Part shown: positions 1 to 7,498 of the stretch, in pieces
Layout: the number at the start of each line of letters is the position of its first letter
How positions within the stretch are numbered: position 1 is the first letter of the stretch
Source of the DNA: an uncultured bacterium
GTDB lineage: Bacteria; Acidobacteriota; Thermoanaerobaculia; Multivoradales; JAHZIX01
Assembly (NCBI GenBank): GCA_965368975.1
Contig: CBDUPA010000001.1
Span: forward strand, 352,001-416,000
Direction: 5' to 3'
DNA length: 64,000 nucleotides
Program-made: the position numbers and the translations under genes
Notes under the pieces: generated by a model
Told to the model about the DNA's origin: nothing
The model's input: only the letters and a program-made list of their open reading frames with translations
The model's database searches: none

Positions 1-2
1 GT

Positions 3-143
3 TCCTGGACCAAGGTTGCGTCCTCGGAGAGCGCCAGCTCTTCGGAGTCGATCAGCTACAGCGGCACTTCCGGCTACTACTACTGGAAGATCCTGTCCTA
101 CAGCGGCAGCGGTGCCTACGACTTCTGGCTGGTTCGCCCCTGA
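3..143 (+). CDS. 3' end of a secreted protease with an aqualysin-type PPC C-terminal domain (partial, runs off window start)
   Basis: Manual translation SWTKVASSESASSSESISYSGTSGYYYWKILSYSGSGAYDFWLVRP* closely resembles the C-terminal extension of aqualysin I-type subtilases; not in the ORF track. Confidence 0.75.
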   Translation, partial: SWTKVASSESASSSESISYSGTSGYYYWKILSYSGSGAYDFWLVRP

Positions 144-197
144 AGTCGACTTCCTTGACGGAGCGGGTGTCCTGAGTGGCGCTTGACTCCGTGCTGC

Positions 198-241
198 AAG
201 CGCCCGTTCGGCCTTCGTGGTCGGGCGGGCGTTTTGCTTTT
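198..241 (+). terminator. Intrinsic terminator
   Basis: Stem CGCCCGTTCGGCC-TTCGT-GGTCGGGCGGGCG followed by TTTTGCTTTT, about 55 nt after the upstream stop. Confidence 0.75.
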
Positions 242-377
242 GATGCGCCCTTGTCGCCGGCGGTGCAGAACCGTGGGCGCTTCTTTGCGTACACTACGAC
301 GAGCCCAGATACGATGGCCCGCGCGCCGGGCCTCCGGAGCCGCTCCGGTCCCGCCGACCTCTCAGGAAGGATCTTCC

Positions 378-3300
378 ATGTTCTCGACTCAGACTCTGCG
401 CCGCACGGTGCTGGCCCTCGCTGCCTGCACGGTGCTACCCATTCTCTCGTTTCCGGCCCTCTCCCAAGAGGGCGACGGCTCGTCCCAAGAGAGTGAACAG
501 CCCCATGCCGGCATGCTGCGCTTTCCCGACGTCAGTGCCACACACATCGTTTTCACCTACGCCAACGACCTGTGGCTCGTGGCGCGTGAAGGGGGAACCG
601 CGACGCCGCTGGCCAGTCCGCCGGGGCTCGAACGCTACCCACGCTTCAGCCCGGACGGCACGACGCTCGCCTTCGTCGGCAACTACGACGGTGACAGCGA
701 CGTTTACACCGTGCCGGTCGCGGGGGGTGTGCCGCGGCGGGTGACCCACCATCCGACCAACGAGAGGCTCGACGGCTGGAGCCCCGATGGGCGTCTGCTG
801 TTCACCGCCGCACGCATGGGCTCGCACTGGCGCATGCCGGCGCTCTACACGGTGTCGGCAGAGGGCGGATTGCCGGAGCCGTTACCCGTTCCCTATGGTT
901 CCGCAGGTGCCGTCAGTGACGACGGTCAGTGGTTGGCCTACACGCCCTTCAACCGGGATCAGCGCACCTGGAAGCGCTATCGCGGCGGCCTCGCTTCGGA
1001 TATCTGGCTGCTGGCGCTCGACGGCTCCGGCGCGTCTCGCCGGGTCACTGAGTGGGAGGGTACGGACACGCAGCCGATGTGGCAGGGCGGCATCCTCTAC
1101 TATCTCTCTGACGCCGGGCCCGCCCATCGCCTCAACATCTGGCGCTACGACCCGACGAGCGGCGAGCGCCGGCAGGTGACGCACCATGCCGACTACGACG
1201 TCAAGTGGCCGTCGATCGGTCCCGGTGCCGCCAGCGATCCCGCGAGCGGTGGGGGAGGCGAGATCGTCTTCCAGCTCGGGACCGAGCTACGTCTGCTCGA
1301 CCTGGCGAGCGAGCGCGAGACGACGGTCGAGGTCGTCATTCCTGGCGCCCGGCCCAAGCTGCGACCGCAGAGCCTCGAAGTTGGCGACCAGATCAGCGGC
1401 GGCGGCATCTCGCCGAGCGGCAAGCGAGTGATCGTCGAAGCGCGCGGTGATGTTTGGACCCTGCCCGCCGAGCACGGTAGCCCGCGCAACTTGACGCGCA
1501 CCAGCGGCGTCGCCGAGCGCTCGCCGGCTTGGAGTCCTGATGGTCGCCTCGTCGCCTACTTCGCGGACACCGGCGGTGAGTACCAGCTCTACGTACGGCC
1601 GTCCGACGGCTCCGGCCAGCCTCGGGCGCTGAGCGACTTCGGCTCCGTGGCGTATCCCGAGCATCCAGGCTACTTCTACGCGCCCACCTGGTCGCCCGAC
1701 TCCGAGCACATCGCCTTCTGGGACCGCGCCGGCCGTCTCTACCTGGCTGATGCCACGGCCAGCGAGGCACCGTCCTTCGAGCAAATCGATCACAGCGTGT
1801 GGATGACCTTCGAAGGGCCACGAGTGCACTGGTCGCCCGACTCCGCCTGGCTCGCCTACGCGCGCACTCTCGACGGCCGCGGCCTGACCGCTATTTTCCT
1901 GCACCACGTTGCCAGCGGTGCCACGCACCAGGTGACCAGTGCTCATTTCCGCAACGGCGAACCTACCTTCAGCGACGACAGCAACTTCCTTTTTCACACC
2001 AGTCACCGTGACTTCACCAATCCGTCCACGGCCAGTGGCAGCATGGACTTCGCCTACGCCAACACCGAACGCCTGCTGGCTGTGCCCCTGCGCACCGACG
2101 TCGAGTGGCCGCTGGCCGCCAAGAGCGACGAAGAGACCTGGGATGACACGTCGGGTGATGGGCGGGAGGAGAGCGCCAAGGACTCGAAAGAAGATGGCGC
2201 CAAGGCTGAGGACGGCGCAGACGAGGATGGCAAAGACGAAAATGGCAAGGACGAGGACGAGAAGCCGCTCGAGATCGACCTCGATGGCTTCGAACGCCGC
2301 GCACGTCTGCTCGACACGCCGCAAGGCCTCTACAGCCAGCTCGCAGCCGCCGGTGGCAAGCTCTTCTACCGCTTCCGCACTGCTGAGGAACAGGAATGGG
2401 CGCTCAAGGTCTACGATCTGGCCGAGGGCGAAGAGACGACCCTGCTCGAAGACGTCGCCAGCTACCAGCTGAGCGCCGATGGTAAACGGCTGGGGATCGT
2501 ACAAAGCGGCCCGCGGGGAATGCGCTTCAGTATCCTCGACGCCAAGCCTGGAGCAGAACCCACGCCGGTATCCACCGACGGTATGCTGGCCACCATCGAT
2601 CCTCGTGCCGAGTGGGCCCAGGTCTTCCACGAAGCTTGGCGCCTCTATCGTGACTTCTTCTACGCCGAGAACCTGCACGGTGTCGACTGGCCGGCCATCC
2701 GTGACCAATACGCCGCGCTGCTCGACGACTGCAACTCACGGGAAGACGTCGGTTTCGTCATCGCCGAGATGATCTCCGAACTCAATGTCGGTCACTCCTA
2801 CTATCAGGGTGGGGGCCACGAGGACGTGCCGCGGCGCAATGTCGGCATGCTGGGCGTCGACTTCGATCTGCGCCCCGGTGAGAACGGCTTTCGCATCGAT
2901 CGCATCTACCGTGGTGGTCCTTGGGACGCTGATGTACGCAACCCGCTCGAAGCCCCTGGCGTCGATGTGCACGAAGGGGACTTGCTGCTAGCGGTCAACG
3001 GTGTGCCCGTCGATACCGGCAAGGATCCATGGGCCGCGTTTCTTGGCCTCGCCGGTCGTACGGTCACGCTGACCCTTGCCTCGGGAGAGCACAGCGAAGA
3101 CGCCAACAGCGGCGAAGACACTGAGAATGAGCCTCGCGACGTCGTCGTCGAACTGCTGAATGGCGACTTCATGCACCGCTACTGGGCCTGGGTCGAAGCC
3201 AATCGCGCTCACGTCGAAGAGGCGAGCGGCGGCCGGATCGGCTACATCTATGTGCCCAACACCAGTACCTGGGGGCGCGACAACCTGTTCCGTCAGTTCC

Positions 3301-3863
3301 ACGCCCAGCGTCATCTCGATGCGCTGATCATCGATGACCGCTGGAATGGTGGTGGCTCCATCCCCACCCGCTTCATCGAGCTGCTCAACCGGCCCGTCCA
3401 GTACTTCCTGGCGGGGCGCGACAAGGAGACCATCATGCCGTGGCCTCCGATGTCGCACTCCGGCCCCAAGGCCATGTTGATCAACGGCAACTCGGCCTCC
3501 GGCGGTGACTCCTTCCCCTACTTCTTCCGCGCTGCTGGTCTCGGCAAGCTCATCGGCACGCGCACCTGGGGCGGCGTTGTTGGGCTGTCCGGCGGTCCGC
3601 AACTGATCGACGGTGATGGCGTCACGGTACCGCGTTGGGGTGTCTTCGAACTCGACGGCACGTGGGGCATGGAGGGGCACGGCGTCGATCCCGATATCGA
3701 AGTCGTCGACGATCCAGCTCTGATGCTCGATGGGGGAGATCCGCAGCTCGACGTCGCCGTCGAGCACTTGCTCGAGGAACTCGAGCGCAATCCGCCTCTC
3801 GACGTGCCACGTCCGCCCGAGCCGGATCGCAGCGGCATGGGTCTACCAGACTCGGATCACTGA
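378..3863 (+). CDS. Tricorn protease homolog (S41; beta-propellers, PDZ, catalytic domain), secreted
   Basis: Signal peptide after ATG 378; MLRFPDVSATHIVFTYANDLW; WKRYRGG; PD40-like repeats; LNVGHSY (His); DDRWNGGG; NSASGGD (Ser); GTRTWGG; EGHGVDPD. Confidence 0.95.
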   Translation: MFSTQTLRRTVLALAACTVLPILSFPALSQEGDGSSQESEQPHAGMLRFPDVSATHIVFTYANDLWLVAREGGTATPLASPPGLERYPRFSPDGTTLAFVGNYDGDSDVYTVPVAGGVPRRVTHHPTNERLDGWSPDGRLLFTAARMGSHWRMPALYTVSAEGGLPEPLPVPYGSAGAVSDDGQWLAYTPFNRDQRTWKRYRGGLASDIWLLALDGSGASRRVTEWEGTDTQPMWQGGILYYLSDAGPAHRLNIWRYDPTSGERRQVTHHADYDVKWPSIGPGAASDPASGGGGEIVFQLGTELRLLDLASERETTVEVVIPGARPKLRPQSLEVGDQISGGGISPSGKRVIVEARGDVWTLPAEHGSPRNLTRTSGVAERSPAWSPDGRLVAYFADTGGEYQLYVRPSDGSGQPRALSDFGSVAYPEHPGYFYAPTWSPDSEHIAFWDRAGRLYLADATASEAPSFEQIDHSVWMTFEGPRVHWSPDSAWLAYARTLDGRGLTAIFLHHVASGATHQVTSAHFRNGEPTFSDDSNFLFHTSHRDFTNPSTASGSMDFAYANTERLLAVPLRTDVEWPLAAKSDEETWDDTSGDGREESAKDSKEDGAKAEDGADEDGKDENGKDEDEKPLEIDLDGFERRARLLDTPQGLYSQLAAAGGKLFYRFRTAEEQEWALKVYDLAEGEETTLLEDVASYQLSADGKRLGIVQSGPRGMRFSILDAKPGAEPTPVSTDGMLATIDPRAEWAQVFHEAWRLYRDFFYAENLHGVDWPAIRDQYAALLDDCNSREDVGFVIAEMISELNVGHSYYQGGGHEDVPRRNVGMLGVDFDLRPGENGFRIDRIYRGGPWDADVRNPLEAPGVDVHEGDLLLAVNGVPVDTGKDPWAAFLGLAGRTVTLTLASGEHSEDANSGEDTENEPRDVVVELLNGDFMHRYWAWVEANRAHVEEASGGRIGYIYVPNTSTWGRDNLFRQFHAQRHLDALIIDDRWNGGGSIPTRFIELLNRPVQYFLAGRDKETIMPWPPMSHSGPKAMLINGNSASGGDSFPYFFRAAGLGKLIGTRTWGGVVGLSGGPQLIDGDGVTVPRWGVFELDGTWGMEGHGVDPDIEVVDDPALMLDGGDPQLDVAVEHLLEELERNPPLDVPRPPEPDRSGMGLPDSDH

Positions 3864-3874
3864 GTCCGCTCTAG

Positions 3875-3958
3875 CAAGAGCCGATGGCAAGAGCCAATAG
3901 CAAGAGCCAGTAGCAAGAGCCAATAGCAGGAGCCAATAGCAGGAGCCAATAGCAGGAG
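3875..3958. repeat. 13-bp tandem repeat, 6 copies plus a partial copy
   Basis: Consensus CA(A/G)GAGCCAATAG at 3875, 3888, 3901, 3914, 3927, 3940; no spacers. Confidence 0.9.
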
Positions 3959-3987
3959 GGAGTGGCCCGGTGGCCACTCCCTCTTGT
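3956..3987 (+). terminator. Hairpin, probable terminator of the tricorn gene
   Basis: Perfect 12-bp stem GAGGGAGTGGCC-CGGT-GGCCACTCCCTC with a weak T tail. Confidence 0.55.
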
Positions 3988-4442
3988 CCAAGTGCGTTCT
4001 GTACTCTTCCGAGTCCCCGAGGGGACGAATCAGGTAGGGCGGAAAGTGGTGGGTAGGTCGTGGGAAGGACCGACAGCTTCCGCACCATCGTGGTGCAGGC
4101 TCGGTGTACTACGGTGGGATGTCGTGGCGGGAGCGTTCGTCAGGGTCGACGACGCTAGCGATTGACGTGGCGGAAGAGCAGGAGACGGTACCGAAGCACC
4201 GTCACGTGGCCGGAGCCACGCACCCTGCAGGGAGCTGTCCGAACCCATAGTCACGCCGATGCCGGCACGCTTGCGATGCAAGGAAACTGCCGGGAGGTGC
4301 GCGCCGGAGGCGCTCAGGGTGTTTGGTTTCAGCTCCATGATGCAAGCAGTATACAGGTTCGTTCATGTTTTGTCCAGATTTAAGGGGGAATATCTGGACG
4401 GCCACCAGCGGGTGGTGCCCCGAGGCACCGTGGATGGGAGGA

Positions 4443-4525
4443 GCGAGGAAAGCGAGATATGCGAGAAAAGCGCGTAAAGTCTCACGGAGTTTCCTTGCTT
4501 TCCTCGCTTCCCTCGCTTTCCTCGC
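4443..4525. repeat. Mirrored 9-bp repeat array (4 forward + 4 reverse), candidate iteron origin
   Basis: Forward GCGAGGAAA/GCGAGATAT/GCGAGAAAA/GCGCGTAAA (4443-4478), 11-nt spacer, then TTTCCTTGC/TTTCCTCGC/TTCCCTCGC/TTTCCTCGC (4490-4525). Confidence 0.75.
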
Positions 4526-5942
4526 CGAGTCTCGACATCGCCCGCCAGCGCTCCAGCGGCCGACCGCCGGTCGGCTCCTTCGTGCGCGTCACCAAGTTGT
4601 GTTCGAGCAGCAGAGCCAGGGCGCGCCCGAGCTGCGTCTTGCTGCGGTGGCGGTGGAAGTGGTCGCCGATGTCGCCCTTGGTCAGGCCGTTCGGGTGGTC
4701 GCGCAACAAGCGCAGGATCTCGTCCGCCAGCGGCTCGCCGACGCCGTCGCCGAAAATCCAGCGCGTCGAGCTCTCGCAGTAGCGCCACAGTGCCAGCGCC
4801 GCCGTCAGGTGTACCGCGTCGACCACCGCCGAGCCGTCGAGCAGCGCATAGACACAGGCCAGGCGCATGGTCTGCGCCTCGGCGCGTCCGAGCATGGCGC
4901 CGAGCAGCCCCGGCTTGCCCGCGGACAGCTCGGGATAGACCTCGGCCCACAGTCGCCGCGCCTCGGTGCTGCGCCGCATCTCGCCCGTCTGGCGCCCGAA
5001 GTCCAGGCGCTGGTTCAGCTCGTGCTGTTCGGCGCGGAAGTCCAGCTCGTCCGTCCTGCCGCCCTCAGGCAGGCACTTCGAGCGGCGCACGCAGCACCAC
5101 AGAAAACGGTTGCCGAAGCCGTTGCCGGTCTCCACCGTTTCCAGATAGCGCAGCAGCTCGCCCTTGGTGATGTGGCCGATGATCGAAATGTGCGCGCCGG
5201 TGGCGCGGGCGGGAGAGTTCTTGGTCAGTGAACTGAGCCGGCCGTGGTCCCAGGCATTGCGGATGGTGGCGGACAGCGTGTTACCGTCGCGCTTGAGCAC
5301 GCGCAGCGTGGCGGCGAACTCTGATTCCAGCACCAGCAGCCGCTTGTCCTCGACGCCACCGTCACTCACCACGCTGCGTACTTGTCCCGTCGGCTTGCCC
5401 TTCTCGCGCACCGCCTCGGTCCGCTCGACCGGGTCGCGCACGCTCCAGATCAAGCCCTCGCCCGACGACATCCCCTGCTCGAAACGCTTCTGACTCCAGT
5501 GGGCGTCCGCGACGCGCAGCAGGCGCTTGGCCTGCCCGGCCGAGACGCCCTTGCGCCCTTTCGACGACTTGCCGACCAGGACCGCGAAGAGATTGAAGTA
5601 GTGGCGGTCGGCCTCGACGCGGAAGTGCGCGCCGTGCCCGATCGCGTTGCCGTACATGACCAGGAACTGCACCAGCACCGCCGCTGGGTCCGCTTCCGTG
5701 TGCGGCTCCAGCTTGCGCACATAGCGTCCGGCCAGTCCGTACATCGCGGCGTCGGGCAGCGTCGGCCAGGGTTGTAACTCGGGCAGCAGGAACGGCTCTC
5801 GCTGCTGTCCCCGGGGTTGGGCTCGAGGGTACTGCTGTCCTCGTTCTTGCTGGTGTCCCCGTTCTTGCTGGTGTCGCCGCGCCTGCAGTGCCGCCAGTCG
5901 CTCGACGGAACTCGAAGCTGGGCTCTTCGAAGAGGCCATCAC
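4482..5942 (-). CDS. DUF3987/YfjI-family P-loop protein (putative replicative helicase partner)
   Basis: NLFAVLVGKSSKGRKG Walker A-like motif; SSGEGLI; LLVLESEF; IRNAWD; ISIIGHIT; GFGNRFLW; C-terminal winged-helix-like segment; start overlaps the prim-pol stop. Confidence 0.8.
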   Translation of the reverse strand: MMASSKSPASSSVERLAALQARRHQQERGHQQERGQQYPRAQPRGQQREPFLLPELQPWPTLPDAAMYGLAGRYVRKLEPHTEADPAAVLVQFLVMYGNAIGHGAHFRVEADRHYFNLFAVLVGKSSKGRKGVSAGQAKRLLRVADAHWSQKRFEQGMSSGEGLIWSVRDPVERTEAVREKGKPTGQVRSVVSDGGVEDKRLLVLESEFAATLRVLKRDGNTLSATIRNAWDHGRLSSLTKNSPARATGAHISIIGHITKGELLRYLETVETGNGFGNRFLWCCVRRSKCLPEGGRTDELDFRAEQHELNQRLDFGRQTGEMRRSTEARRLWAEVYPELSAGKPGLLGAMLGRAEAQTMRLACVYALLDGSAVVDAVHLTAALALWRYCESSTRWIFGDGVGEPLADEILRLLRDHPNGLTKGDIGDHFHRHRSKTQLGRALALLLEHNLVTRTKEPTGGRPLERWRAMSRLGEESEGSEESKETP

Positions 5943-6817
5943 CCACCCTCCAGCCGCCGCAGCTCGCGGCCGGCGATCGACTCGATCGTGCGCACCGTCT
6001 CTCGCTCCGGCAGCGGCGGCGTCAGTTTCACCCGTGCCCAGCAGTACGCCAGCTCCGCCGCCGTATCCGCCGGTAGACAGCGAAACAGCAGTCCTGACAC
6101 CTCCGCCAGCGTCTGATTGCGCCGTCCGCGCGGCACCGGTCGCGCCAGCGTCGCCCGCCAGTCGCGCCGCCGGTGTCCACTTTGCGGACCTCCCTGCACC
6201 TCGACCGCGCTCGTCGAATCACCGCTCGTCGAATCGCCACTCGTCGAATCACCGCGCAGCAGCTGCACGAGCCACGTCGGTGCCGGCGCGATCGCCCCGT
6301 GCGTCAACGGCACTTGCCAGCGGTAGCGCGCCCCCGACGGATGTACGCTCGGCGGCGCCAGCACGTAGCCGCCGTCAGCCCGCACGTCGAGCCCGGGCAG
6401 CAGGCCCACGCGATTGCGCGCCCCGTCCGCCAGTCGATACCAGAAGTGTGCCCCGCGCGCCGTGTGCGCCTGCGCCGTCGCCGGCAACTCGTGGTCCAGC
6501 GCCGCCAGCTGCTGCCAGACCTCCGGCGAGTCGAGATCCAAGACCAACAATCCCGGCGGAATCGCCAACCCGATGTTCGCCGTCGGCCAGCGTCGCCACC
6601 ACGCCTCCACCTCGTCCACGCGTGTGCTCGCGTCCTTCACCCCGTGCGCCGTCAAGGGCGCCTTCGCCCGCGGTCGCACCGGCAGCACCGCCCACCCCTG
6701 GCGAGCATAGGCCGCCGCCTGCGCAGCCAGCTCGTCGCGTCGAGGCGGTGTTTCCGCTGTCACCCCGCTAGCTGGCCGAGGGGGATTCCGTGATAGGTGT
6801 GCTGGCATTTGTTTCAT
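5939..6817 (-). CDS. Bifunctional DNA primase/polymerase (Prim-Pol AEP) with PriCT-1 domain
   Basis: GWAVLPV, HGVKDAST, WPTANIGL, LLVLDLD, TARGAHFWY, DVRADGGYVLAPPSVHPSGARYRW; C-terminal GRRNQTL...PPLPERETVRTIESI. Confidence 0.92.
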   Translation of the reverse strand: MKQMPAHLSRNPPRPASGVTAETPPRRDELAAQAAAYARQGWAVLPVRPRAKAPLTAHGVKDASTRVDEVEAWWRRWPTANIGLAIPPGLLVLDLDSPEVWQQLAALDHELPATAQAHTARGAHFWYRLADGARNRVGLLPGLDVRADGGYVLAPPSVHPSGARYRWQVPLTHGAIAPAPTWLVQLLRGDSTSGDSTSGDSTSAVEVQGGPQSGHRRRDWRATLARPVPRGRRNQTLAEVSGLLFRCLPADTAAELAYCWARVKLTPPLPERETVRTIESIAGRELRRLEGG

Positions 6818-7186
6818 TGCATGGGTCTCCAATTTTGCGTGCTCGCTGGCTGATTTCTATCTACAGCTTACATCGTAAAAGGATCTTGTGGCAATTCCTT
6901 AGTTCTCTTTCACGGAAAATTGATCGCTGATGAGCGTAGTCGGAGTATCCTGTGATGGGTTGCGGATGGGATTGCCGTGGCACTCAAGGCTGCCTTGGTG
7001 CAATTGTTTGTAGGGCGGTGTTGCCGCTCGATCCTCGAATCCCACCTCCGCGCTGTGGCACTCTCCGGACGTTCGGCCAGAGTTTCACTCTGCGCTAGAG
7101 GTGTGCGCTGCGTGCCGCGGCCGGGGTAGGGGAGCACCGCACTTGAGCGCCGCCTCGTTGCTGTACACTTTGCACAGAAGGTCGCA

Positions 7187-7414
7187 GTGCCAGCCAAAGC
7201 AACAGCAAGCCACGATTACCAGCCCCAGTTCGTCACCAACGAAGATGGCGAACGGACGGGTGTTCTCTTGTCGCTCGAAGCGTACACGGAGCTGCTCGAA
7301 GATCTGGAAGACTTGGCCGTCATCGCGGAGCGGCGGTCCGAGACGCCCGTGGCTCATGAGGAAGTGGTGGCTCGGCTGAAGGTAGATGGCCTCCTATACC
7401 GGCGGCTGCGCTGA
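7187..7414 (+). CDS. Type II antitoxin-like protein (RelE-partner type)
   Basis: PQFVTNEDGERTGVLLSLEAYTELLEDLEDLAVIAERRSE...HEEVVARLKVDGLL pattern typical of small antitoxins found upstream of RelE/ParE toxins. Confidence 0.65.
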   Translation: MPAKATASHDYQPQFVTNEDGERTGVLLSLEAYTELLEDLEDLAVIAERRSETPVAHEEVVARLKVDGLLYRRLR

Positions 7415-7420
7415 GATCCG
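7386..7420 (+). pseudogene. Possible 5' stub of a RelE/ParE toxin gene
   Basis: ATGGCCTCCTATACC (MASYT) overlaps the antitoxin end as a RelE start would, but no RelE-like sequence follows. Confidence 0.4.
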
Positions 7421-7498
7421 GCAGGCGGTGGATGCCGGCCAGTTGAAGTGCAGGGCGGCACTGTGGCATTCTCCCGATGTCTTTTCTGTGCGAATACC

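Noticed and set aside
1-180. Possible structured RNA (5S rRNA or tRNA) at the window start
   Set aside because: It translates cleanly as a PPC-domain C-terminus, and no T-loop or 5S motifs are recognisable
183-377. N-terminal extension of the tricorn ORF given in the ORF track
   Set aside because: It runs through a terminator hairpin; the RBS and signal peptide point to ATG 378
2120-2270. Acidic repetitive stretch inside the tricorn gene as a possible insertion or intein
   Set aside because: It is a D/E/K-rich flexible linker common at this position in bacterial tricorn homologs, with no intein motifs
3875-3958. Possible CRISPR array
   Set aside because: Units are 13 bp and contiguous with no unique spacers, and there are no cas genes in the window; it is a simple tandem repeat
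4030-4338. 102-aa minus-strand ORF downstream of DUF3987
   Set aside because: No recognisable motif and low-complexity composition; cannot be supported as a gene
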